Counted from the first letter of the stretch, positions 9,743-19,997 are shown. The stretch is DNA of 64,000 nt from Nanobdellota archaeon (GCA_038046385.1 JBBSWH010000001.1:32001-96000), one strand, 5' to 3'. Program-made: numbers and translations. Notes: generated by a model not told the origin, from the letters alone.

Positions 9743-9835
9743 TGGTGGCCTTCACCGTGTCGAGGTGACGTCATTTGCCGCCCGCAAACTCAGCAAATGC
9801 TTAATTTGCGCGGTACCGGACTAGACCACAGGCCC
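9722..9835 (-). tRNA. tRNA-Val(GAC) with 40-nt D-loop intron (9775-9814)
   Basis: 74-nt cloverleaf after splicing; relaxed BHB. Confidence 0.9.
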
Positions 9836-9972
9836 TTAATGAATGAGACCAATGCGGTGTTTTTATACCTTTCTAAGCCCAGATGAACATTTTTGGGAAT
9901 ATCTGTATAAATAGGTTTCTACATGGAAAGGCTTTTATATTTTGAAATGATTTACTGCAATGGGTGGTTTAA

Positions 9973-10635
9973 ATGAAAACAAAATTAATTTTTGTTATGA
10001 TTTTTGTATTAATATTGGCTTCTGCATGCGCAACCCAAGTTCAGGTTACGCAGCCTGCAGAAAAAACTGTTGTAAAGGATCCTGTTAAGCCTGATGTTTC
10101 AGTCCAGCCGGTGTTTCCTGTCCCGAAAAATATACCTTCTGAGATAAGGGAATTGTTTGTCAAGGCTGAGACAAGGGCAGAAAGCGCCTCTTATCTGTAT
10201 CAGGGGCCGGAAACAGGAAATGACATTTCCCAGTTTTATGTAAAGGGGGACAAAATAAGGCATATTCCTTCAAGAAATTTAAAATCGCTGGACAAGCCGG
10301 AATCTTTTGACTCAATCTTCATAGACAAGGCTGCAAAAACAGCTAAGTCTTATTGTGTTGATCCTACTTGCAAATACAAGGGGCTGAAAGCAGAGCTGGA
10401 TTATGAAGCGTACTATGTTCCAACAATATTTGACTGGGCTGATTTTAATTCTGCAGAGAAGATAACGGAAGAGCAGATTGAAAGGCGTGCAACGTGGGTT
10501 GTAAAGACCGACAAGGGAACTTTGTGGATTGACACTTATTACGGAGTTCCGCTTAAAGTTGACGCTGATGGAGCTATTTACAAGTACCAGCAGGTTAATT
10601 TCAATGCAGTTAAGGATTCTGACGTGAATCCTTGA
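9973..10635 (+). CDS. lipoprotein of unknown function
   Basis: signal peptide with ASAC lipobox. Confidence 0.7.
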   Translation: MKTKLIFVMIFVLILASACATQVQVTQPAEKTVVKDPVKPDVSVQPVFPVPKNIPSEIRELFVKAETRAESASYLYQGPETGNDISQFYVKGDKIRHIPSRNLKSLDKPESFDSIFIDKAAKTAKSYCVDPTCKYKGLKAELDYEAYYVPTIFDWADFNSAEKITEEQIERRATWVVKTDKGTLWIDTYYGVPLKVDADGAIYKYQQVNFNAVKDSDVNP

Positions 10636-10644
10636 TTTTTTTGT

Positions 10645-11052
10645 TTAAATTCGTTTAGTTTTGAAGAGTCTTATGATGTCTTTCTTAAACGCTAAAATCC
10701 AGATAGAAATTGAGTATATGATGAGTTGAGTTATATAAATCAGATAATCCGTGCCATACCCTTTCTGTAAGCCTGACCAGAGCGTACCACCTATTAAAAT
10801 GAATAAGCTAAAACTGATATGAAGAATCAAAACACATAGAAGCAAAATAATAGTCAGGCGAGCCCAGTTTTTGAAATGCCAAAGTCCATAACCGATAATA
10901 GCAGGCAAAATCCCCATGAAGAGAGAGATGCTACCTACCGGCGTATCCCCAGAGATAATGATACGTATCCCGTCAAACACAGCAAGAATTGTTCCGATGA
11001 AAGTCAGCACTGATATTATGCGAACGATTTTACGCGCAGTTGATTGTTCCAT
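10645..11052 (-). CDS. membrane protein
   Basis: 4 hydrophobic segments. Confidence 0.65.
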   Translation of the reverse strand: MEQSTARKIVRIISVLTFIGTILAVFDGIRIIISGDTPVGSISLFMGILPAIIGYGLWHFKNWARLTIILLLCVLILHISFSLFILIGGTLWSGLQKGYGTDYLIYITQLIIYSISIWILAFKKDIIRLFKTKRI

Positions 11053-11133
11053 TGTTTTATAATTAATGCTCTTCTGGCATCATGGAATATATAAAGTTTT
11101 TGTATTGGCTCAAAAATTTATTTTAAGAAATAA

Positions 11134-11523
11134 TCAAGTAGTAACTTTAGTCTGCTCCACTTTCTTCCACAAAAAGTATGATGCAAACATCACTGCAAGG
11201 AATATCAGCGGCATAAGTGTTGCAAACATTCCGTCTCCTACAAAGTAGAACGATGCAGATGCTCCGATAATGTCAATGGTGAATCCTGCATAGGCCCATT
11301 CCTTTATTATTTTGAATTTCCACTGAATTATTGCAATTGCTCCTAAGATTTTTGCAACACCTATGATTGTGTTGACATACATCGGATAGCCAAGGTGCTT
11401 CATTATTTCCACTCCTTGCGGTATCTGCATTATCTCAGATATTCCGGAATAGAGCATGAACAATGCGAACAGTACAGTCACAAACCAATAAAGAATTTTG
11501 ATTATTCTTGGCTTCATTTTCAA
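11134..11523 (-). CDS. DoxX-like family membrane protein
   Basis: HLGYP..Y...GVAKILG...KEWAYAG motif. Confidence 0.85.
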   Translation of the reverse strand: MKMKPRIIKILYWFVTVLFALFMLYSGISEIMQIPQGVEIMKHLGYPMYVNTIIGVAKILGAIAIIQWKFKIIKEWAYAGFTIDIIGASASFYFVGDGMFATLMPLIFLAVMFASYFLWKKVEQTKVTT

Positions 11524-11576
11524 AAGTTTGATTATGGCGGTATTTATAGATTGCTAAAAAATAAATAGTAGATTCA

Positions 11577-12224
11577 CTATTTATGCCTTTTTTTCTTAAA
11601 CTTTATTGTATGTATGTTCCATTGCTTTGAATGACTTTTAATTAATTTGAATTCTTCAAGAAGCGGTCTAATCCTATCCTGCCTACTTTTTAAAAAAGAC
11701 TCAATTTTATCGTCGAATTCTTCATCATTATTAGTATTCCATCCAAACTTATATGAAAAATGATGCTTTCTTGCATAATAATTTAGCCTATTAAATGTTT
11801 CAAATTTAAAATATAACAAAGTTCTACCGTCTTTTAATGTTATCTCTCTAAATTTTTGAGTTGCTAAATCCTTAATTCGTTTCATCCCAATTTTGTTATT
11901 TTCTGGAATATATAAAACTAAAAATGAATTTTCTGGATAATATTTAAAATAGTTAAGCAAAAGCTCTTTGTCTATAATGAACTCTCTATCTCTTGAAATT
12001 ATCAACGATTTTATTTCCACGTAAAAAGTTTGTTCATTAAAGGAATCATACAATTTTAAATCTGGAGAATAAATATCTCTTGCAGAGATGTTTTCAATAA
12101 AGTGTTTCCTATGTTCAACTCCAACAAAATTCACTTCAAAACCCATGTCCTTAAAAAGTTCACAAACTATTTTTTCACCCTCCTTTCCATATTTATATTC
12201 AATTGAATCAGGTATCTCAGTCAT
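11577..12224 (-). CDS. PD-(D/E)xK nuclease-like protein (AT-rich; start corrected to 12224)
   Basis: GE...GFEV...PDL...YVEIKS motif; the longer ORF overlaps tRNA-Thr. Confidence 0.6.
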   Translation of the reverse strand: MTEIPDSIEYKYGKEGEKIVCELFKDMGFEVNFVGVEHRKHFIENISARDIYSPDLKLYDSFNEQTFYVEIKSLIISRDREFIIDKELLLNYFKYYPENSFLVLYIPENNKIGMKRIKDLATQKFREITLKDGRTLLYFKFETFNRLNYYARKHHFSYKFGWNTNNDEEFDDKIESFLKSRQDRIRPLLEEFKLIKSHSKQWNIHTIKFKKKRHK

Positions 12225-12285
12225 ATTGATAATTAAACTAATTGACTTTTTTAATCTTTTTAATATAGCTAGAAAATAATAAAAA

Positions 12286-12404
12286 AGCCTCTGATGGGAA
12301 TTGCACCCACGACCTTTGCCTTTTAGGCTAGCATATGGTACCAAGGCTTCGCGGATTAAAAGAATACTTCCAATCTAACGCAATGGCTACTATGCTACAG
12401 AGGC
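12286..12404 (-). tRNA. tRNA-Thr(GGT) with two introns (12348-12376 at 28/29; 12322-12338 at 37/38)
   Basis: 73-nt cloverleaf after removing two BHB-like introns. Confidence 0.85.
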
Positions 12405-12468
12405 ATATTAATACAGAAAATTGCCCCATATTTAAATTTAATCAATAAAACAAAAAATAAAAAACCCC

Positions 12469-12786
12469 CTACTTCTTCACAACCTTTTCTTCCTTAAGCA
12501 CTTTCTTTGCTATCCAGAAAACCACAAGCGCGATTATCACAAAATTCAGCAATGCAGCGACAAATGCGCCCCACTTCAGAACTACCGGGCCTAAGTTTAG
12601 AGTTGCTTCCTGCCATGCTCCTCCGGGTATGAACGGGGTTATCAGCGGCATTATTATATTATCAACAAGCGATTTGACCAATGCAGTTATGGCTACGCCC
12701 ATTATGAATGCGACAGCCAATCCCATCACCTTATACTCTTGCAAAAATTCCTGAAATTCTTTTATCATCTGCATAAAACCACCCAT
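12469..12786 (-). CDS. mscL: large-conductance mechanosensitive channel
   Basis: EFQEF...LAVAFIMG...LVDNIIMP...NFVIIA motif. Confidence 0.88.
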   Translation of the reverse strand: MGGFMQMIKEFQEFLQEYKVMGLAVAFIMGVAITALVKSLVDNIIMPLITPFIPGGAWQEATLNLGPVVLKWGAFVAALLNFVIIALVVFWIAKKVLKEEKVVKK

Positions 12787-12864
12787 TTATTAGATTAAAT
12801 CCAATTAATTTAAATCTTTTTATTGGCAAATATTATATACTTGCATCCCAAATAAAAAAAATAA

Positions 12865-14658
12865 ATGGTATTTTCAGTTCAGATAGGCTTAATTATATTG
12901 TTCTCTTTGGTAGGGAGCCTTCTCGCGTCAAGGTTCAGGCAGCCGACTGTTATAGGGCTGCTTATAGCAGGGGCAATCGTCGGGCCGCATGCCCTTGGGA
13001 TTGTGAACGATCCCGAAATTGTCGAAAGCGCAATAGAGCTCGGGGCAATCCTGCTGCTGTTCACCATAGGAATAGAATTCAGCATAAAAAACATATTGAA
13101 TCTGGGGGCGAGGGCTGTTTTGATAGGGGCAATAAAAATAAGCATCGTGCTTCTCCTTTCTTATTATGCTGCGCTTTTTATGGGAGCGAGCGGCCTAGAG
13201 GCGATTTTTTTCGGAATAATCCTTTCAATAACGAGCACAGTCATAGTAATAAAAGTAATGGAGCAGAAAGGGCTTGCAAAAAAAGAGGAGCTTCCGCTTT
13301 TGATAACAATCCTCATCCTCGAGGACATTTTCGGTGTTTTTGCACTTGCATTTATTTCCGGGCTCAATACGCATGCAGACCTGAATCCGATAGGAATACT
13401 TACGAAACTTGCAGTATCCCTTGCCCTGCTGGTATTCACTTATCTTATTTTACAGAGATTAGCGGGGCGCGCTTTCAACTGGATTGCAAAATACAGCTCC
13501 GAAGACACTGCAACATTTACTTCACTGAGCCTTTGCGGAATAATGGCATATGTTGCAACGCTTCTTAGCCTGTCGCCTTCTGTGGGGGCTTTCCTTGCCG
13601 GCAACATAATAGCATCTTTTCCAAATTCAAAATCATTCGAGAAAGCAATACACCCTTTTCTTTTGACATTCACTTCCCTTTTCTTTTTTTCAGTAGGCAC
13701 AGCGGTGAACTTTGCTTCAATAATCTTTGAATTTAGGCTCATACTTGTGCTGTTTGCGGTAAGCGTAATTGTGAAATTCATCACCATAGGGGCCGGCAGC
13801 TACATCTTCACAAATTTCAACGGAAAGCAGGCGGCTTTTAGCGGAATTGCAATGATATCCATCGGGGAATTTTCGCTGCTGATAGCAAAAGAGGCTAATG
13901 CTGTGGGAAGCAGCATGGATTTTGTCAGCATAACTGCCTCGATAATACTTCTTTCGACAATAACCATGTCTCTGATGATAAGCAATACCGGCAGCGTATA
14001 CAGGCTGACAACACGGCTCATTCCAAAAAAGATGAGGGAGAACATGGATATAACTTCAAAATACATAAACAGCATATCTTGGGCGATGGTAAGGGACAGG
14101 GTCAACCTTGGAAAAATAAAATCCGAGTTCTATAAGATACTGAACAACATGACCTTCGTTTTCGTGTTCATAGCCCTGGTGCTTTTTTTATGGAGATACT
14201 TCCATGTTGCAATCAGCAGCCTGCTCAGGAATGACTATGCCACATATTTCACTGTTATTGCCATTGTAGCCATACTCTACATACCGGTATCAAGAATAAT
14301 AAAAAATGCAGCCCATTTAAACAAGGACCTCTTCCGGTTTTTTGTAAAGATATCCCCAAAGGAGCTTCAGTTTGATACAAAAATTTTCAGGAAGATAAGG
14401 ATACTCTCCCTTTTGTTCATAGCCATGATAGTGTTTCCCCAGGTATTCCTTTTTTTCAGGATACCTGTCATCTACAATGCGCTGGTGGTATTAATCTTCT
14501 TAATAATAACATTCAATGCCCTGATGGCATCCAATATGATACACGATGTAGTGCACAAGCACGAGAAGGATTTTGGAAAATCCGACAAGGGATATGTTGC
14601 CATACTGAAGAAAAAGATGAAGAAAGTCGAGAAGGAAAGGATATTCGAAGAGAATTAA
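12865..14658 (+). CDS. cation:proton antiporter (CPA2/KefB-like)
   Basis: LLFTIGIEFS, ILILED, GAFLAG and IGEFS motifs. Confidence 0.88.
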   Translation: MVFSVQIGLIILFSLVGSLLASRFRQPTVIGLLIAGAIVGPHALGIVNDPEIVESAIELGAILLLFTIGIEFSIKNILNLGARAVLIGAIKISIVLLLSYYAALFMGASGLEAIFFGIILSITSTVIVIKVMEQKGLAKKEELPLLITILILEDIFGVFALAFISGLNTHADLNPIGILTKLAVSLALLVFTYLILQRLAGRAFNWIAKYSSEDTATFTSLSLCGIMAYVATLLSLSPSVGAFLAGNIIASFPNSKSFEKAIHPFLLTFTSLFFFSVGTAVNFASIIFEFRLILVLFAVSVIVKFITIGAGSYIFTNFNGKQAAFSGIAMISIGEFSLLIAKEANAVGSSMDFVSITASIILLSTITMSLMISNTGSVYRLTTRLIPKKMRENMDITSKYINSISWAMVRDRVNLGKIKSEFYKILNNMTFVFVFIALVLFLWRYFHVAISSLLRNDYATYFTVIAIVAILYIPVSRIIKNAAHLNKDLFRFFVKISPKELQFDTKIFRKIRILSLLFIAMIVFPQVFLFFRIPVIYNALVVLIFLIITFNALMASNMIHDVVHKHEKDFGKSDKGYVAILKKKMKKVEKERIFEEN

Positions 14659-14673
14659 GGATTTTTCTGGTGG

Positions 14674-14794
14674 AATATAAATGCGGGGAACTGATGCGCC
14701 CCAACCTTTTCTTATATAAGAAAAGCTTGACCAAAAGAAGTATGCTACGCAGTTGTGAGGTAAACCTCACTAAAGAAAATATAATGCGGGGGAA
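14674..14794. mobile_element. family A mini-element at the displaced tRNA-Leu(TAA) 3' end
   Basis: AATATAA(A)TGCGGGG(G)AA duplicated; insert highly similar to the reverse complement of 47510-47595. Confidence 0.75.
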
Positions 14795-14874
14795 GCACAT
14801 TCCGCCCCTATTAGAATGCGTATCTTAAATTCCCTTTCTTATTTATATATCTTTTCATGTTACGTAGGGTGCTT

Positions 14875-15348
14875 TTAGTATTTTTTGAGTATAGAGAGAA
14901 TTTCTTCAACTTTTCTACTCCTCTCTAAAGAATCATTTTTTTGCTCTGGCAATAGATTTTGAAATATAACAATCATAGAATTAGAAAGAATAAGCATATT
15001 GGAAAGGATAGTCTCCATTTCTTCAATGGTAGGGATATTTTTACGCATTAAGAAGAACCTCTTTTTATGTAAGTATTTGTACTCTATATTCAGATGTGCC
15101 CAAATTTTTCTTAAGTTTTTTTGTATATCTATAACTTCTTTAAAAAATTCATTAGATATAACTTCTTTGATAAACATGTTTGTAAGTATACTTTTCCTAA
15201 ACATTAGCTCTGTCTGTAACTTATTCAAACTTTCTTTAAATTTATAATATGGCTTAATCATAAACTGGTTAAGAAGCTCTCCAGTTATGTATACTACCAC
15301 TCCCCCTATAATTGTTAGTGAAGCCGTTAAAAATTCTGATTCATACAT
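14875..15348 (-). CDS. hypothetical protein with N-terminal TM helix (element cargo)
   Basis: 157-aa ORF. Confidence 0.6.
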   Translation of the reverse strand: MYESEFLTASLTIIGGVVVYITGELLNQFMIKPYYKFKESLNKLQTELMFRKSILTNMFIKEVISNEFFKEVIDIQKNLRKIWAHLNIEYKYLHKKRFFLMRKNIPTIEEMETILSNMLILSNSMIVIFQNLLPEQKNDSLERSRKVEEILSILKKY

Positions 15349-15413
15349 ATCTTAAAAAGTTACTAAGATTTATTAATAAGCTTTCCTCTAATTAGTGTCT
15401 TCTTAAGAATTAA

Positions 15414-16322
15414 TTATAGTTTTTTGTGTTCAAGTTGCCTGATACGATTTAAAATTTTTCCAACCTCTCGTGGCCGCATGAAAGCCATAAACAGTATAAA
15501 TGGAATTATAATAAAAGTTGCCCACACAACTATGACATAAATCCAAGTATAAATAACTTCGAATATATTGTTAAATTTATCAACACTCTCAATAGTTACC
15601 GACATAACCAACCAGGTCATAATAAAAAATATGTTTGCTATGGTTATTTTATTTAAGAATCTCGAAACTCTTATTTTATGGTTCAAGTACTTAATATTGT
15701 TCCCCATATGCAAGAAGAGGTAAGCTCCCAAATAAAAGATAACTGATAAGCTAAATTTGAAACTAACTTTATCTGCTGAGTCTGCACCCCCATTTACTCT
15801 GAAAAATAGATTAATAACAGTTCCTAAAAATATGGCTAATGTAGTTAGAAATTCTAATTTAGACTTTAAATCCTTGACATCAACAGAGGCAACAACTCTT
15901 AGTACTTGAGTTTGTTGGACAGTGGTTTCTGGTTTTTCTTTTACAAAAAAAGCAACTACACTCAATAATAATCCCATCAAAATGAACAAAAGCTCCAATT
16001 GTCTGTAGTATTTTACTTTTTCATTCAGATAAATATATTTATTAGTCAAAGGACCCATATTTTCTGCCAGATTTCTCGCTTTTAGGGCATAATTTGAGCT
16101 ATTGATTAAGAATTTTGTATCGCTTTTATTCATGTAATAGATTAGAAAATTAAGGTCAGATTCCGAACTCCAAGAATTAACAGCATCACGAACGTAATCT
16201 CTTGTAGTAACAAATTCTTCTGATGTGCTTTGATAGAAATCTCCAATGAAATGAAAAAATATCGATAAAGTAACAGCTATGGTAGAAAGTATAATTAAAT
16301 TATTTTTTGTTAAGCTAACCAT
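15414..16322 (-). CDS. multi-pass membrane protein (element cargo)
   Basis: 302-aa ORF with about 6-7 TM segments. Confidence 0.6.
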   Translation of the reverse strand: MVSLTKNNLIILSTIAVTLSIFFHFIGDFYQSTSEEFVTTRDYVRDAVNSWSSESDLNFLIYYMNKSDTKFLINSSNYALKARNLAENMGPLTNKYIYLNEKVKYYRQLELLFILMGLLLSVVAFFVKEKPETTVQQTQVLRVVASVDVKDLKSKLEFLTTLAIFLGTVINLFFRVNGGADSADKVSFKFSLSVIFYLGAYLFLHMGNNIKYLNHKIRVSRFLNKITIANIFFIMTWLVMSVTIESVDKFNNIFEVIYTWIYVIVVWATFIIIPFILFMAFMRPREVGKILNRIRQLEHKKL

Positions 16323-16457
16323 GATTTAACCACCTCACCACCCCTTAACTGTAGTAAATAAGGCTTGTTTTATTAATTTATCCAAAAAATATATAAGAAA
16401 ATAAGCACTGGACACCTATACGCAAAGTTTAAATACTTTTAAAATTAGGGTAGTATC

Positions 16458-16530
16458 AGGGTATTTCGGTATACGAAATATCCAATTCAGTCTAAGTGGT
16501 GCGGTTTACGTAATCACTTAGACTTTTTTT
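16458..16530 (+). ncRNA. candidate DUF3800-associated two-hairpin small RNA
   Basis: BRE/TATA (TTTAAATA, 16428-16435); hairpins 16459-16483 and 16489-16524 with CG-GTWTA-CG loops; T7 run. Confidence 0.55.
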
Positions 16531-17326
16531 AAAATCTGGGTTCTGGGAAAACTTTTACTTTAACTGATCCATCTATTACTACGCTTCCTATTTCTAAAGT
16601 GCATATTGGCTTTAATATTTTTAAGTACCCTTCATTATAGCACTGTTTTTTTAAATTTGAACATAGGAAGCAGTAATAGGATCTTTGAAAAGCATAGCAA
16701 ATTAAATCAGCAATTTCATAAAATGATGACTTGGACATCGGTTCAATATTTAAATCTGCTAATATATTTGAAAAATCTTTTACATATGTGGTTCCATTCT
16801 TCATTACATCTCGATGCACCCTTTTAATATTAGACGCTAATTTAGTTGAGCTATCACATAAATTTACAATCCCTAAAGAGTTTTTATTATCTCCTCTTCC
16901 CTTAATTATTTTTTGAAATTTCTCTAATACGAACTCGTAAGCTAAAAGATAAGGGTTTGCAGGATGTTTGTATTTTTTCCTTAGGTTATGATTATCAATA
17001 ACTATAATTATTGGTTCAATAGGCATCTTTGCAATGAACTCATACAGTTTCAACATTATTTCTTTGCCTTGTTGATCGGTTAGATACCCCTTATACCTAT
17101 TTCTGTTGTTCCTGGAGATATGATTTAACTCTACAGCATGGGCTGGAGTAGTTTTAAGCTCTTTAGGGAATAGTGACTCTTTAAATTCTTTGAAAATCCT
17201 ACTTTGATTAAAATAATCTTCTTCTTTTATAATTAAACCACCTAAAACAAAGAAATCAGATTGCTCTCTTATGTTAGGGTTATCAATACGTGAACTTCCC
17301 GATTCATCTAAGTATAAGAGATACAT
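16529..17326 (-). CDS. DUF3800 domain protein (RNase H-like fold)
   Basis: MYLLYLDESG...FFVLGG...HAVEL...EIADLICYA motifs. Confidence 0.85.
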   Translation of the reverse strand: MYLLYLDESGSSRIDNPNIREQSDFFVLGGLIIKEEDYFNQSRIFKEFKESLFPKELKTTPAHAVELNHISRNNRNRYKGYLTDQQGKEIMLKLYEFIAKMPIEPIIIVIDNHNLRKKYKHPANPYLLAYEFVLEKFQKIIKGRGDNKNSLGIVNLCDSSTKLASNIKRVHRDVMKNGTTYVKDFSNILADLNIEPMSKSSFYEIADLICYAFQRSYYCFLCSNLKKQCYNEGYLKILKPICTLEIGSVVIDGSVKVKVFPEPRF

Positions 17327-17591
17327 TATATAGGAAATTTTTTTGGTATTTATAAAGAATACTGTGTTACGCCCCTTTAATGAAGAGGTATATGCACGCT
17401 TATATTTAAAATATTTTATTTTTTAGGTTTAAATATAATAAAAATTAGGAAAAAGTTTTGGTTATAGGATAACGCCTCGGTTAAATATATTTGAAGGCCA
17501 ACCATCCTCCGATTGCAAAAGCTATCAGGCCATAAGCAATAAGTCGAAGTATAAACCTTTTATCCATTCTTTTTGGGCTGTCGAGTTAGTA

Positions 17592-17990
17592 TTATCTATT
17601 AATTGAAAAAAAACTCTCACCTTTTTTATAATTTTTTACCCTTGTAAACTTTTTTGAGTTTGGATAAATTTTAGTAAATTGACAATCATCTATATTATCT
17701 CCCTTAAATGATATAGTTATCTCATCATAACTGCTCGGATATGTCTTAATTGCAAACTTATGAGCTGTTTCAAGATTATCTAATGCTATATGAAAAAGCC
17801 ACTCAATAACAGCTTTTCCCCCCCATTTTTCTTTGATATAATCTTCGTAATCTTTAGTATAGGAATGTCGTTCTATTCTATGATTGTATTTTAGCCATTT
17901 TCGAGGTTCATCTATCCATTGATGAAGTTCTTGAAAAGTCTGTCCAGTTCTACACTCACTTACTTCCATATGAAATTTTAGAGACGGCAT
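17592..17990 (-). CDS. His-rich hypothetical protein (DUF6915-like)
   Basis: H...LHQWIDE...HRIERH...HIALD pattern. Confidence 0.5.
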   Translation of the reverse strand: MPSLKFHMEVSECRTGQTFQELHQWIDEPRKWLKYNHRIERHSYTKDYEDYIKEKWGGKAVIEWLFHIALDNLETAHKFAIKTYPSSYDEITISFKGDNIDDCQFTKIYPNSKKFTRVKNYKKGESFFSINR

Positions 17991-18137
17991 CTTTAATCCT
18001 CCTAAACATTTAATTTTTTGGGCTGAAAAAGTAAAAATGAAGGGATAGTTTTTCGTTAGAATAACTTACCTTACCTTTTCCAGCTTTCCAACATAAAACC
18101 ATTATAAAACATATTATAAAAGCTTTGCGACATAAAA

Positions 18138-18383
18138 TTAAGGATAATCAATACAAGACTCAGTATTTTCATCAGTACATCTATTAAATCGTCTACATGC
18201 TAAAAACCAGCCTTTGAAGAACCCATATTTCTTAAGTGCCAATATTGCATGATTTGAGCATGAAGGATAAAACCTACAAATTATGTTTCTTTTTTTATTA
18301 AAATTTCTACCAATTTTCCCGTGCCATACTTTCTTTATAAAAAATATTGATATTAAAATCAAGAGATTATTTTTTCTTCTCAT
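18138..18383 (-). CDS. YidD-like (membrane protein insertion efficiency factor/haemolytic domain)
   Basis: CRFYPSCSNHAILALKKYG..KG..LA.RR..RC motif. Confidence 0.8.
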   Translation of the reverse strand: MRRKNNLLILISIFFIKKVWHGKIGRNFNKKRNIICRFYPSCSNHAILALKKYGFFKGWFLACRRFNRCTDENTESCIDYP

Positions 18384-18675
18384 ATATACTCACTTCTTCA
18401 GTGTAATTCTGTGAACCACATTCTGGACATCTTCGTAAATTATCAAGTGAATCTTTAGATGCACCTACATTTCTTTGAGCTTGTAGAGCTGCACCAGAAT
18501 TACAACAACACGCATTAGACATTTGGTTTAAAGCAGCAACACCTTTAGCACTTTCAATTTCTTTTTCTCTTTCTGATAAAGAATGCCACACCTTACCACA
18601 TTCATTACATTTTCGTTTAAACTCTTTTACGTGCTTGTTCTTATCAAAATCCGCTTCCGAAATCTTTTTGCTCAT
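18367..18675 (-). CDS. zinc-ribbon protein
   Basis: CNECGKVW and CPECGS motifs. Confidence 0.65.
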   Translation of the reverse strand: MSKKISEADFDKNKHVKEFKRKCNECGKVWHSLSEREKEIESAKGVAALNQMSNACCCNSGAALQAQRNVGASKDSLDNLRRCPECGSQNYTEEVSIYEKKK

Positions 18676-18699
18676 TTTTCTAAAGATTATTTAAATATT

Positions 18700-19230
18700 T
18701 CAACACATACCATTGGTAAAACTTATCAGTTCTTTGGCATCAGCAGTGTATAGATATATATCTTTGCAAGATTTCATTAATTCTAACCTGACGACTGGGA
18801 TACCACCATCACATTCTTTTGTTTTGGATAGGCACTTATAATAGGCTTGATCTTTTGTTAAAACTTTTGGAGCTTTTGAGGTTTCATTAACCTTTTGCTG
18901 TGGCATGAAGTTAGAAATGAGAATCATAGCAGCTATAACTATAATGCCCCACAAAAAGAATTTTTTATAGTTTGGGTTTTTCTTATCTATTAAATTTGTT
19001 TTACTTACGCTAACATTTTTATTAATTTTATGTTCTCTTGACTTAAAATTCAATTTCTCTTTAAAGAACTTTCGTGATGGTGGAAGTATCACAAGTCCTA
19101 TTGCGAGTGAGGTAGTTCCAACAATAAAAGATGAATCTGAAAAATTTCCTAAAGAAGCCAAAATAAAGATAATCCCAAAAATCCAGCTAAAAACTCCTCC
19201 TAAAGTAATTTTTTTAACATCTTCTACCAT
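18700..19230 (-). CDS. membrane protein
   Basis: 3 TM segments; Cys-containing C-terminus. Confidence 0.6.
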   Translation of the reverse strand: MVEDVKKITLGGVFSWIFGIIFILASLGNFSDSSFIVGTTSLAIGLVILPPSRKFFKEKLNFKSREHKINKNVSVSKTNLIDKKNPNYKKFFLWGIIVIAAMILISNFMPQQKVNETSKAPKVLTKDQAYYKCLSKTKECDGGIPVVRLELMKSCKDIYLYTADAKELISFTNGMC

Positions 19231-19262
19231 TAACTTACCACCACACTTCTATATCCATTTTT

Positions 19263-19937
19263 CTACGTTGACCTTAAGTTAATATTAAATATATCGTTAA
19301 TCTCACTATTGGAAGCAACAACTATTTTCAAGTCTTCAAGGTTTTCTGGAATATCAAACAAAACAAAACCTCTTTTTTTAATGCCTGGGTTTATAGCATC
19401 ACCAAACCCTGAAAATAAGGTAAAACTCTCTCCATTGTAAGTTCCAGTAGCATCATTATCACTAAGAAACTCCCTTCCTTGAATATCCTCTAATTTCATT
19501 AAAGTATTATCAAACTTAGCTGCCTTTTTAGCTAAATTTTCAACTTCTACTTCTATAATTAAATAAGTGCCGTCGGCTACTTGCATGCCACTAAACATTC
19601 CACCAGAAAAAGATTTTAGTTCTTTATTGCTTAAAAATGTCCACTTAAAATCTCCGGCCACTATTTCATCTTTAAAATTGTACGTTACATTTCCAAAGAA
19701 TTTTTTCTTACAATCTATAATATTGCTTACAATAGTAGATTCATCAGGGCAGACATATTGTATTTTTTCCACAATCTCAGTTTTAATTTCAACCTTTGGT
19801 GGACAAGAATTACAATCAAGCTCTTGGCACTTTGTAGAAGGACAGGCAGTTTCTTTGCATTCTGGACACTGAGGAACTGCTTGAGTACAAGCAGTAATAA
19901 ACAACAATCCTATCAACAATAAAGCATAAACTTTCAA
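19263..19937 (-). CDS. DUF4352-like lipoprotein with Cys-rich N-terminus
   Basis: ITAC lipobox; YLIIEVEVEN...INPGIKKRGFVLFDIP. Confidence 0.7.
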   Translation of the reverse strand: MKVYALLLIGLLFITACTQAVPQCPECKETACPSTKCQELDCNSCPPKVEIKTEIVEKIQYVCPDESTIVSNIIDCKKKFFGNVTYNFKDEIVAGDFKWTFLSNKELKSFSGGMFSGMQVADGTYLIIEVEVENLAKKAAKFDNTLMKLEDIQGREFLSDNDATGTYNGESFTLFSGFGDAINPGIKKRGFVLFDIPENLEDLKIVVASNSEINDIFNINLRST

Positions 19938-19997
19938 ATTAAATACCCCCTAATAGATAATTTTTGAAGATGGCTTTAAATAATTTTCTATCCTCTT

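Noticed and set aside
10645-12280. Second integrated island at tRNA-Thr
   Set aside because: The nuclease gene is AT-rich, but I found no att duplication or integrase.
12879-14105. Antisense ORFs within the antiporter, and similar shadows in srp54, thyA, lysS and the MFS gene
   Set aside because: They lie antisense to well-supported genes and carry no recognisable motifs.
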